Below, one piece after another: positions 41,329 to 53,735 of a stretch of DNA of 64,000 nt. Under the pieces are notes generated by a model. That model worked only from the letters and a program-made list of their open reading frames with translations, did not search any database and was not told the DNA's origin. Position 1 is the first letter of the stretch. Every line of letters starts with the position of its first letter. This DNA is from Octopus bimaculoides (Eukaryota), in the NCBI RefSeq assembly GCF_001194135.2, contig NC_068993.1:235972-299971 (forward strand), read 5' to 3'. The translations under genes were made by a program, and so were the position numbers.

Positions 41329-44122
41329 GTACAACTATCAGTGAGAAAATAACAACATGATGAGAAAGAAAAAAACAAAACAAATTGCTGATGACAGGAT
41401 GTGTGGTTGTTTGTTTAAGTTTTAAGTTGTAAACATAGAGATAGTCAAGGTAAGGGGGAGGGAGGGAGAGGGAGAGGAACAGACAGATGACAAAAATATG
41501 ACAAATAAAACTAGACGGCATCTATGATTGAGAAAGATGTATAGAGTATATGATAGGTAGGTAGGAAGTTAAGGATGTAGGTAGATAGGTATGTGTTTAT
41601 ATGTGTTGGTGAGTATGAAGAGAGAGCTAATGGAAAGTAAGATATGTATAAATAATTGTATTGTGGATAGGGAGAGGAAAGGAGATAGACAGAATGATAT
41701 ACGTTTTGTGCATGGTGAGAGGGAGGCGGAGGAGGAGGAGGGAGAAGATCGCCAGGTAACTGAATGTGAGAGAACAATTAATAGGTAACATGGGTATTAA
41801 TGGTGTTGTTTTGTTTGCTAACAACAATATGACAAAATAACAGAATTTCAAAACAGCAACGTAACAAACAATTCGGAAGTTGAATCGTTGTTGCTGGTTT
41901 AAGTTTTAATGCTTGATTTGGAGAGTCTTTAACTTCAGAAGCAATTCAGCAGATATGCTGTTTTGTTCTGTGTTTTCAACAAGTAACTGGAATGTTTGCA
42001 TCTTCACTGTTTCCGAGAAGTTCTAGATATATACTTCCATTACTCTTAGCTTGTACCTATGGCTCAGGGTGGGGTTCTAATTCTTAACGAAGTCAGCCTT
42101 TACAATTCACACGCTTATTGTAACCATATTTCGCTAAACATTCTTCGACATGATATTCTGTGCTGCAATACTGAATAAGAAGTGATTTTGTGAAGATGTT
42201 CTTATATTCTAGAATATAACTGCTGTTGCGTAATTTCTTTGTGTGGTGTGAACCCCATAAGCAAGGTAATTCATTAAAAATATTAGCGGTTTTCATATAT
42301 AGTGGTCAGACGCGAACTGGTGGCCCCTTCTCAGATCTGACTAAACAACAGAAGGCAGCTTCCTGGTGTTATTGTTGTTGTTATTGTACAGGCTGTGAGA
42401 CCAATATCGTAATTCGACTTTGCATGCATACGTCAACGGATGGATGGATGCAGGTGTTTGTGTGTGCGTGCGATATATTTTTTTTAAAAAACGATTAAGA
42501 AATAAGAGTTACCTACCTTAGACTTTCAGGCACATTCAATTAGATATTCTCTGTTACATGTGCGCAAGCACGCACACACACACACACACACACACATTTG
42601 AGGATGGTGGACTTGTAACCGATTCTTAAACCCATTTCACTCTAAAAACCAGCTCACAATTGACCTCCCCATCACTGATACCATCTCATATGGTTCCTAA
42701 AGCCTGCCTTGTACTCACAAGTCATTGCACACAGATTACAAGTCAGCTCTCCAGCGGCAGCGGCGGCCTGACCATCTGGATGTTGGGACCTATAAAGTTG
42801 AGTGAGTCCATAGACTGACCTACATAAAATGTACGAGAAAATATGCTGGATATCCCACTAGTAGATACGTCGCCTCTGTGACAAAGCTTTGTAGCTGAGT
42901 AAGCCTGCCTTTGAGAAACAGATACAACCACACAAACACAAACTCAAGAGCTGTTGGTCTTCCTCAGTGTGGCTTATGAAATCACAATCCTCAGCATAGA
43001 AGGAGATTACGAATGAGAGCTCTAGGTAAAGGAGGACAGAGAGAGGAGAAAAGGCAAACAGACCCTTTAATGTTAAATTTGCTGAATTTGGCATTAACAG
43101 CCTTCTTTAAGTTTGGTGAATGACCACTGTTTGAAGCTGTACTGGTCACCAACCTGAGATGAACAATGGTTGGATGGACTCAAACAGCTCAAACTATTAC
43201 CAATTACAGACTTCCTCCTAGTTAGGCCATCACCACAGGGCTTTTTTTTTTGTAAGCTCATGTACCATTCCAGGATTTCAAAAAGTTCCTCTGTGGGAAT
43301 TTGTTTTGAACAGATTAAAGTGTTGCATAGTACTGAGCCCACTTTTCAGTGCAACCAGCTGTAACACTATTGGCACGACAAAGGTTGAGATGGCCAGAAA
43401 ACCAACTGCACTTCAGGTTTTTCAAATGAGTTTACTTTCTCCCAGAAGGAAGTTCTAACAAGAACTAGAGGTTCTTCACTCCTAGTGGTCAGGAGTCTCT
43501 CACTCCTAGCTGTTGGGTGGTTCATAACTCTACTGAATTCATCTACCCTTTGACAGGTTTTGTTTTTTGTCTTGCAAGGTGATCAATGAAAACCACCATC
43601 CTTACCAAGACACTTGATAGGGTTGATATCCTTACCAAGACACTTGATAGTGTTGCCGGTGGCCCCACCGTGTGATGCATTGTACTGGGTTACAGGATAC
43701 CAGTAGCTCTAAGAGTGATCTGACACAACATACATACACACACGCACATATTCACATATACCCTATCAAACAGTGCTCCAGCATGACCAGTGTCCAATGG
43801 CTTGACCCTGTAAAAGAATATATTTTGTATGAGGCAGGGTTCATGATGGTGGGTGTGTATAATGCTTAGGTGACAGTGTGTATATACTGGCTGAGCATGT
43901 AGGATTGTGACTATCAAAGATGTTTAGTATTTCAGTATTTAAATCATAATTTTTTTGTTTTGATGTCAGATTTAATTTTCATATTATGTACTCTATATAA
44001 TGTACTCTATATTTTTGTTTACACAATTCTGTTTACTCTATCAATCAACATTGACATTGAATTATCTTATTTACACCAACTACATTATCATTTGGCTGTA
44101 TCTCTTCACTCGTTTACACCTG

Positions 44123-44266
44123 TTATCAAATAACTCAGACTACCCTTGTTCCCTGCATTTATCAGATAACACTCCTTACCCTTGTTTACTCCACTTAACA
44201 AATATCTTTTTTTACACGTGTTTGACCTTCTTATCAAATATATCTGTTTATACATGTCTAACCTTG
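44123..44266. repeat. Degenerate 36-bp tandem repeat, 4 units
   Basis: Units start at 44123, 44159, 44195 and 44231 with tta(t/a)ca(a/g)ata; no indels between units. Confidence 0.7.
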
Positions 44267-45204
44267 TTTTGTCTTAAATGTCTACTTGCTGTTAATGCCC
44301 TTGGCAAAGACAATAATGTTAAACTTCTTAATCCTCCTCTTTGAAAACAAACAGCCTTTGTCCCTGCTCAATAACCAGGAAACAAGGGCCAGTGTAGACC
44401 CATCTCTTGACTGGAAAGATTCTTTCACTTCCAATATCCAACCTGAACATCGACAAGTCAATGTCAGTGGAAATTGAAAGATGGATGCTTACTATAAAGT
44501 GAAACTACATTACAATCACCCAAGGCCCTGGATGGTATTCTTAAACTGATTGGCCTAACATATCAAGTAGAACATTTCATCACCATTTTTAAAAGAGTCA
44601 TTTGCTAATTGGAATGGTAAAGAATGAGTGTTTTATAAGAGAAGTCAGAGGAAACAGTTGATAACTTATCTCAACTGTTATAAGGTCTCGAATATGGATT
44701 TCTGGTTGAGGTTTAATGTTACAGATATTCTAAGGAAGAAACCATTGATAAATAAACTCCAGGAAGTAACTGGTTCTTATTTTTATCTTTCATCTCAGAA
44801 GAATGAAAGACTCAACAGACATCACTGGGATTCGAACTTAGAATATAAAGGGTTGCAATTAAATACTGAATCTCTTTTGTTCAAGGTTTTCATGATTCTG
44901 CCAACCCACCATCAAAGACCCTTACTACAATGGAGCCTACTACTACTACTACTACTACTACTGCTACTGCTGCTGCTGCTACAGTCACTGCTGTTGTTGT
45001 TGTTCAGCCCCAGGTGAGCAACAATGGACTGGACCTTTGATCAAAATTATCAGAGCTGTTCCAGCTATGACCATCGCATCTTTGAAACAGGTTTTTAGGA
45101 TTAAAAAACGTTCCTGATTGCAAATACATTTTATTGTTTTAAACACTCAACAACAAATAATTTCATTCAACCATTCAGGATGTGTTGTGATGTAAAACGA
45201 GTGA

Positions 45205-45460
45205 GAATGATGCCATGTGAAAGGCTCCCATGTGTTGTGGCCATTACCAGTGCCACCTGATTGGCACTCCTGTGCCAGTGGCACATAAAATGCACCCATT
45301 ACACCCTCAGAGTGGTGGGCATTTGGAAGGGCATCCAGCTGTAGAAACCCTGCCAAATCAGACTGAAGCTTGGTGCCTCTCTCCAACTCATCAGCTCTAG
45401 TCAAACCGCCTAACCCATGCCAGCATGGAGAGTGGACATTAAAGGATGATGATGATGATT
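45205..45460 (+). mobile_element. RTE-tailed SINE copy
   Basis: gtgccagtggcacataaaatgcaccc...ggaagggcatccagctgtagaaac...gatgatgatgat. Confidence 0.75.
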
Positions 45461-46299
45461 TGATAATAAAGAAGGATTAAAGCATTGCATCATGTAACTT
45501 GATTTCTTGAATAAGCCTGCTGCTTTTGTAGAACACAATGTTAAGCCAAATATTTTAGTTACCTTAATTTTAAGAGATCTAATTTAAAATGACCCACCAT
45601 GCAGAAATAAATTCTGAAAAAGTGGGACAGTGTGAACTAACAAGACTCCAAAAGGTTAAGTTATAATGTATCCACGACTAAATTACCATGGATACACAGT
45701 CCTACTCTTTCTTTCTTCTTTTTCTTTTTCTTTTTTTTTTTTTTAGAGGGTAGATAATTTGAAGATTTGGCTGCTGTTTGTGGCAGGTCACACAGCTGCA
45801 CAGGGGTCCTATAATTGTATCTACTATTTGTGTATCAAAGTATAGCATATGTCCTGAAAATTGCTGCTGCTATTGCCGCCGCCGCCACCACCACCACCAC
45901 CATCCAATATGTCCGTCAGTAAGAGAAGTTATGTAAAACTGCTGTTTTACTTTTTTAATCCTTGAAATATTTCCCTTTTATTAATTCTGGGTAAGAAAAC
46001 AATCCTATTATCTAGCATTAATTCTCAGCTAAACCCTGTTTTGTTTTCATGGATAATAATACCCTTCAGGGTCCTATTTCATGATCTGATATTCCCTTTC
46101 AATGATTAAACTTTATTTCCTTCCTAAATCAATATTCACAGACAATATAGATATTCTGATCCTTCCAACAGGTAATCCTGTCTGATAGGGACCATTACTT
46201 AAGTTCACTTGTTATCCCTTAAATGTGAGTGTACTCTTCAGGCTAAGCACATCTATTATGCACCATTGCCATATAAGAGAAAAGGAGTATGGGCATTCA

Positions 46300-46700
46300 C
46301 TTAGTACTCCTTTACTCCATCTGTCACATATGTTTCAGTATTATGCAACACATGCACACTGTCGATGCAATCAGTAGATGCACCCGTTAGGGTCAGCTTG
46401 GTGAGCAAACGCATCATCAGACAACTGATGCATTGAGAACATCCAATCATATCCGATGCTTCATATACCTTAGTCTGTCCTGTATGCATTCTGACGTTAC
46501 CCATCCAGTGGAGCTTACTGGCCTCGTTTCTTTCAAGCCTTTGCATAGCCTCAGTAGTCATAGTCCATATCTCATTGTCATCTACCATACACAGGCATCA
46601 TACAGTCTGCCTTTCAGTCTGAGGTCGAGGCCCTTTGTTACTAACAGAGGTAGTAAACTCTCTGGACTTCACCCAGCCTATTCTTATTCTAGCAGCTATG
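46300..46700 (-). mobile_element. Decayed RTE LINE fragment
   Basis: The - strand reads GLDLRLKGRLYDACV...TTEAMQRLERNEASKLHW. Confidence 0.7.
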
Positions 46701-47089
46701 CTTTCAGAACAACCTCCCACCACTACTAACTTGGTCACCTAAGTAATGGAAACTGTCTACTACTTCTAAGAATCCCCACTGACATTTGAGAGAGTCTAAT
46801 TTTTGTTTAATGTATCTGCATATCTGCTGCATGTAAAGACTACTTTCTTTGTTAGTCTTCCAGTTATACCATTGCACTTCTTATATGTCCAAAGCTTGCA
46901 CTGAGTAAACTGAATGGAGGTTCTCCTGACATCTTCTATAGAATATCAAGCAGGTCCATTTTCCTGAAGGCATAGTGATTTGTTTGTTTTCTTACTTATC
47001 AATACTTTGGTCTTAGCTAGATTAACTCTGAGGCCCTTTGATCCCAGTCCATGATTCCACACCTGAAATTTCTTCTCTAGTTTTGGTAA

Positions 47090-47521
47090 TGTCTACTGAA
47101 TGGCCACTGTAACATAGAGACCGTCGCATATGAGGTAGAGGTAACAGCCATAAGACCAAATGAGCAACCAAAGGTGTGAAAGTGTGTAGGAGCAACTGAA
47201 GGCCCCTTCAGAACCCACTACAACAACCACAAGTCCTGCTTCAACATCCTGGAGAGACGTAACACCACAACCCTGGTCAAGCATGTTTGGTCTTTGAAAG
47301 AAAGCACCACCAAGTACAACATAAAGTGGAAGATCCTGGAAAAATGTAAACTGTATTTCAATAGCAGCAGGAAGTTCAGGTTATGCCTGGTTGAGAAAAG
47401 AGTGATTTTAAAGAGTGCCCAGCACCCAGGCATTTGCCTGAAAAGCAGAAGTGAAATTCTTAATCCTGACCCTCATGAAAGGAAGTACATCCTATCATAC
47501 CTGCATGACTTTACAAAATAA
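47090..47521 (+). mobile_element. Penelope-like element GIY-YIG endonuclease remnant
   Basis: One frame with a single stop: CLLNGHC..TVAYEVEVT...KV*KCVGATEGPFRTHYNNHKSCF...KHVWSLKE....YNIKWKILEKCK...RLCLVEK...RSEIL. Matches the PLE C-terminal pattern CPLxGxC / YxG.TE..F..RYxNH / KHIWxLK / WKIL. Confidence 0.8.
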
Positions 47522-49689
47522 ATTCTATTGAAATAATCTTTGCTTGTATAGAAAGTTATTTGATTGCAAAGTAAATTATTGAAATATATTAGATAATTGC
47601 TGAAAATTTAAAGGCAATTTGACTGACTGTGCATTTTCGAAGAGAAATTATATGAGAGAGAAATAAACAGAGGAGAGATGGAGGTTAGAGAATGGAGGTG
47701 GTTAATGAAGAAGTAAAAGAAAAAAAAAATAAGAAGGAACACGGAAGGAAGTAAAACAGAAATAAATAGTATTTAGGGTAAAATTGTAAAGTGATGTGAA
47801 GATGTGGACACAGAAGTCGATTACAATAAATTAATATCCCTTTAATAATTAGCTAATTTAATTTACAAATCGCTAGAATTAACGCTTATTTCTTTAATCC
47901 CGGAAGGATAATCATTTGAGGCCCACCCTTCACCTCTGACAAGTTTTTAAATCAGAACATATAAGTGTAGATTAATCATTTGCGAGGAAAAACCTAAAGT
48001 TTGAGGTTTTCATATCACCGTCTGATTAGTGGCAGGGCTCAAATAGGGAACTCATTGAAACACCAGAACTCATGGGTAAAACTAGTGAACAGTAAAATTG
48101 TTGGTGTCATCTCTTATGAAATCGTTTTGTGTTCATTTACAAGGTTTAAGAGTCAGTTTTATGAAACTATTATTTCTTATTTATTCATTTGGATTTGTTG
48201 CATGAAAAACATATTCAAACTTCCCCGTTCCGTAGAAGTTGAGAAAATTTGTTCAATGATTTTAATGATTTTAAAACTGCTTTTACATTTTTCTTTCATT
48301 TTTGTGGCCATTCTCTTTAAAATTGTCCTTCTCTAATCCCAAACTGATAAGAAATAAATTTAACCTGAACTTCTAATTAGAATATGGTTTTATTTTAATA
48401 GAGAAGGCAGGTCAATAAATAGCTAAATCAATATATAATCGTTGAGAATGTTTGTAGAAGGCTTCTGAAGTTTTCTCAGGTCTCAGGTAGACGAAAAAAT
48501 TATTAGGCATTTCGGGTGTTCCCTGTTTTAAAACAAGAAGCTTCTTGTTGCAGAGAGATAGACAGATAGATAGATAGAGGGGGGAGGAGGGAGGGAGGGA
48601 AAGAGAGGGAGAGAGAGAGAGAGCAAGAGTGTAATTGTAAGCATTTACAGAAATTTGTTTGGCCAGGCAACAATTATAAACCTATACAGATTCTTCCTTA
48701 TCAAAAGATGCTCTTCCCAGCAGTAAAACATTAATACCTTGTGGTTGTTAAGCATTTAGGCCATGACCAATCCCTTACCTTGAACTACATTCCTATCTGT
48801 GTCGTCTTTATTAAGACAGCAGGGTGTGGTTCACGCTAAATTGGGCTGCTAATAGCTGGGCCATGAAATTTTTTTCCTACGAAAGTACTGGACCCCAGTT
48901 ATGAACTCATTTGCATACATCCAATCAGAGCTCAGCTATCAAACTAATTTATGAGCGAATAACAAGTGATGGGCAATAACATAAGGTCACTTGGGTAAGG
49001 AATCACCATGTTTCTTTTCTCTTTTAAGAATGCTTCTTGTTCTTGTCCTTGTTCCAACCATGGCTGCCTCTGCGTAGTTATTTGTGTTGTTGTTTACTTT
49101 GTAAAACACTAAGGAGAGGGGGTTGCTTGCACCTCACCCTCTACCCACATCTTTACCATATGGGGCCCTAACAAAATCCGATAATAGGTACAGATGCAAA
49201 CCGATCTAATAACTTGTCTTCGTCTAAATTCTAGAATCAAGCATAATTTGGCGATCGGTCGACTTACACCATTCTTCATCTTGAGTTTACTTGGTAGAGT
49301 GTGTTTGTAAACTTGACAACAAGGTCAAGGTGAGCTCTGATTGGCTGTATGCAAATGAGTTCGTTACTAGGATCCGGAATTCTCGTGGGAAAAAAATTTA
49401 GCGGGCCGACCACGCAGGGTTCGCCAAATGCCTTATGGTATTTAGTTACGTCTTTTTGCATTTAGAGTTTAAATCCCTGCCGAGATGGAAGAAGTTAAAA
49501 TAAGCATGTGTAGTCTATATTACTAAGACCAGCGTTTACTATGTTACTACCGTTTTGACTAATTTGTTAATTAACCACCATAAAAATAAACAAAAATTTT
49601 AGACTGTTTTGAATAATTAGATAAATAGTAAATATTAGTGGAGGAAGACGGCGGGGAGTTACGTATATAAATATGTGAGTATTTATATA

Positions 49690-49855
49690 CATGTATGAAT
49701 ATATTATATATGTGTGTACATATGTATGTACATGTGTATATACATACACACACATATATGTGTGTGTACATATGTATATACATACATATGTATGTACGTA
49801 TATATGTATATACATATATATGTATGTGTATATATATATATATATATATGTATGT

Positions 49856-49887
<32 letters not shown>

Positions 49888-50505
49888 ATATATATATATA
49901 TATATGTATGTGTATATATATATATATATATATGTATGTGTATATATATATATATATATATGTATGTGTATATATATATATATATATATGTNNNNNNNNN
50001 NNNNNNNNNNNNNNNNNNNNNNNNNNNNNNNNNNNNNNNNNNNNNNNNNNNNNNNNNNNNNNNNNNNNNNNNNNNNNNNNNNNNNNNNNNNNNNNNNNNN
50101 NNNNNNNNNNNNNNNNNNNNNNNNNNNNNNNNNNNNNNNNNNNNNNNNNNNNNNNNNNNNNNNNNNNNNNNNNNNNNNNNNNNNNNNNNNNNNNNNNNNN
50201 NNNNNNNNNNNNNNNNNNNNNNNNNNNNNNNNNNNNNNNNNNNNNNNNNNNNNNNNNNNNNNNNNNNNNNNNNNNNNNNNNNNNNNNNNNNNNNNNNNNN
50301 NNNNNNNNNNNNNNNNNNNNNNNNNNNNNNNNNNNNNNNNNNNNNNNNNNNNNNNNNNNNNNNNNNNNNNNNNNNNNNNNNNNNNNNNNNNNNNNNNNNN
50401 NNNNNNNNNNNNNNNNNNNNNNATATATATATATATACGCGCGCACACACACATATATGCATATTATATATATGTATATATATATGTGTGTGTGTGTGTG
50501 TGTAT
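49690..50505. repeat. Compound (TA)n/(TG)n microsatellite spanning a gap
   Basis: Directly visible; source of the spurious YIYI ORFs. Confidence 0.95.
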
Positions 50506-51396
50506 TAATGTGTGACAGACGGAACAGGGAGAAATGCACACAAAAAAAGTAAAAAACAGAAAAGCTGAATAAGAAGCGTATCGGAAGAGAACGAATGAGA
50601 GTAGTGAAAGGCAGAAAGATATAGGGAGGAAGAGAGAGAGGGGGAGAGAGAAATACGCAAACAAAAAGCGAACGAGAAAAGAGAGAGAAAGCATGAGTGA
50701 GGGGTAGAAAGACAGATAGAAATGAAGATAGGAGGGGGAAGTTGTTATGACGTCATAGCAGATGTTGCTGACGTGAAATCACATCAGACCACCTTGAATC
50801 AGGTGATGTGATGACAGGAACCTCCCTCATGGGCTTGCACAATACACAGCAATATTTATAGCTCTAGGCTTCAGTGCTATTGACTAATCATTCCCAGTGA
50901 AGTTGTTGGTGGTGTTCAACCCTAGGTCAAGCAGACATTTGATCATATACATTCCATTCTTGACGATCCTTGTCTTGTCTTACACTGCGTTATTTAATGT
51001 CAACTCACTGGTTTTGTTTGTTTAGATACCAGCTATTTTCTGGCGAGTCGATCTCCTGTGTATGTGTGTGGGGGTCTGTGCGTGTGTCTGTGTATGTATA
51101 GTAGATATATATATATGTGTGTATGATTGTATGTATATATATANNNNNNNNNNNNNNNNNNNNNNNNNNNNNNNNNNNNNNNNNNNNNNNNNNNNNNNNN
51201 NNNNNNNNNNNNNNNNNNNNNNNNNNNNNNNNNNNNNNNNNNNNNNNNNNNNNNNNNNNNNNNNNNNNNNNNNNNNNNNNNNNNNNNNNNNNNNNNNNNN
51301 NNNNNNNNNNNNNNNNNNNNNNNNNNNNNTATATATATATAATCTGTGATTTGCGTATAAAACTTCCGTGTACAATGCATGTATACACACACACAC

Positions 51397-51750
51397 CTTT
51401 TACTTGTTTCAGTCATTTGATTGTGGCCATGCTGGAGCACCGCCTTGAAACGTTTTAGTCGAACAAGTCGACCCCAGGACTTATTCTTTGTAAGCCTAAT
51501 ACTTATTGTATCGGTTTCTTTCTGCCGAATCCTTAAGTAACGGGGGACATAAACACACCAACAGTAATGGTGGGGAACACAGACAAAAAGACAAACACAC
51601 ACACATAGATATATACGACGGGCTTCTTTCAATTTCCATCAACCAAATCCATTCAAGGTTTTAATCGGCCCGTGGCTATAATAAGACACTCGCCCAAGGT
51701 GTCACGTAGTGGGACTGAACCCGGAACCATGTGGTTGGTAACACAGCCAC
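51397..51750 (-). mobile_element. tRNA-headed SINE with a CR1-type 3' tail
   Basis: Head gtggctgtg...catggttccgggttcagtcccac (B box); tail ggcggtgctccagcatggccaca...gaaacaagtaaaag. Partial copies at ~6970-7060, 27310-27470, 33050-33185 and 53810-53910. Confidence 0.75.
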
Positions 51751-52399
51751 GATTGCGTATATACTTATATATGTATGCACGCACTTTTGGATGTAGAAAC
51801 CAGAGAAAAAGTGCTAAATCCATTAGGATTGTGTAATTAGTTATTGCAAATGCATACATACATACATCGTGGTCGGGGCGAACTTGTGTGTGTGAGGGGA
51901 ACCTGAGGGGCACGTGCCCCCCTCAAGAAAAGAAGTGCGACCTTCTGAATAATAATGTTATTACGTCCTTTTCTCCTCTAATGTAGAGCTACAATAAATC
52001 TAATTCACATGTAAGGATATACATGTAAAATACACCGAGGCTTTCAGCCATGTTTCAAGCGATGATGTTTTTTTAGTCCCTGTTTTAGGAGCCAGGGAGC
52101 AGTTATTAATATCAACATCTGTTGATGATCGACAATTAAATCATCCGGACAATAAGCCTGCAATTTGTGGGTTCAACTTTCGCATACAACATATGGATGG
52201 ACGAATGTGTGTGTGCGTGTGCGCGTGTGGGACTAAGAGAAATGCGCTTGATCGTTGACATACCAGATACTGAGGTACACATACCAAAGTATGTTATATT
52301 TCGAACTGAGAACAGAAAGAACTCCCAGCAGTGTTGCGATGTACTTCCGGGAAGATGTGACGCCGGTTGTCTTGTTATACTCAAACTTAGTCTCTCACC

Positions 52400-53735
52400 T
52401 ACTTTTAGTTTATAGTAAACAAATGAAAATAGTAATATGTACTCCCTATCTCCCACCAGATGTCCCAAATTATGGTGACTCATTCGGACAGAGCTTAATA
52501 GATGGAAGAGGTATTAACATCAACCTAGATGACAGCCTTCCCCCACTTCTAAGAGACTTCAACATCCCTAATGTCGAGTGGCCTGAGGGCCGCCATCTCT
52601 CAGATATATCATTGCATGAGCAGGGGCAAGCAGGTTTTTTTGACCATACAAACATGCTATTCATAGAGCAAATAGTGGTCCACCCAAGAAGGGGTTTAAA
52701 TGTTTTACTTCAAAAATAATGTGGCGCTCATCTATAATGTTAAAGTGACACCAACGATTTTCTAAGACCATAACTTAATGGAACTAACAATGAATGGCCC
52801 AAGGAAAACTGCAGTCAATTACATGATTTCGTAAATGACAAAAGCCAGTTGTAGCAGCCAGATGAGCCTTCTCCGTGTAGACATCAACAGTGAATGGATT
52901 TCCTCCGCTTTCGGCCAACTTGTGTTAACATTTCGCAGCAAAATGGGCCAAAATAGGTGGCAATCCTAGGGTCAAAGACAATGCTATACCTGGAGATTGA
53001 TATGAGCAACATTGCTTCGTTTCATGTTCAAATAATCAGGAAGGTGACAATGTGCTGGTGAATGCCCAGATGGATTCTGAGAACTTTCAGAACAAGGGTC
53101 CAGAAAACATTGCAGGTCCTATGAAGGATAATTATCCTCTCAGCCGCCTGGACTACTACTCTCAACTAATGTTCTGCCACAGAGCCAACTTAATAACGGA
53201 ACTGGAGGCAGTTCAGCGGTGCTACGCCAGGAATATTGCATCGATGAAACAGTTGAGAGACTGGGAGAGACTGAAAGAATTACGGTTCTACTTCCTGGAG
53301 CGAAGACGGGAAAGATATGCGGCGGTATACACATTCCAGAGGGTTTGGCATAAAGAGTTGTACGAGACCCTAAACAGGACGCCACTGTCCTGTTTCACAA
53401 TCCATTCCGTTTAGAATGAGGATCAGGAACTGCAATAGCTAGGAATTCAAAAGCTCACAAATATTTAATATTTTACCCCAAGCCCTGAGAGATCTACAAG
53501 AAGTGGGGGTAGATATTTTCAAGAAGCACCTTCATCTTCTACAGTCAAGGACCCACCTTGATCTTCTACTGTCCAAGATCTCAGTTGAACCTACACCTCA
53601 AGAAACTCCGAACAGCAATAGCAAACTCCTTCTTTCACCAAAAGCCAATCGCATAGGGATGGCCACTGAAAAGTTGATGAAACTGGCGGTGCCCCAGCTT
53701 TGCCATTGCTTTTGGGTTGAAACGCATAAAAGAAT
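52400..53735 (+). mobile_element. CR1-like LINE, internally deleted and decayed
   Basis: Endonuclease remnant (LLRDFNIPNVEWP...QIVVHPRRG) and RT C-terminus (SRLDYYSQL...ELEAVQR...WERLKELRFYFLERRRERY; GVDIFKKHL). The 3' end ggcggtgccccag...gaaac is followed by (AGAT)n. Confidence 0.85.

Noticed and set aside
48900-49620. snRNA or histone gene driven by the octamer motifs
   Set aside because: No U1, U2, U4, U5, U6, U7, U11 or U12 5' sequence and no histone ORF recognised on either strand at the expected distance
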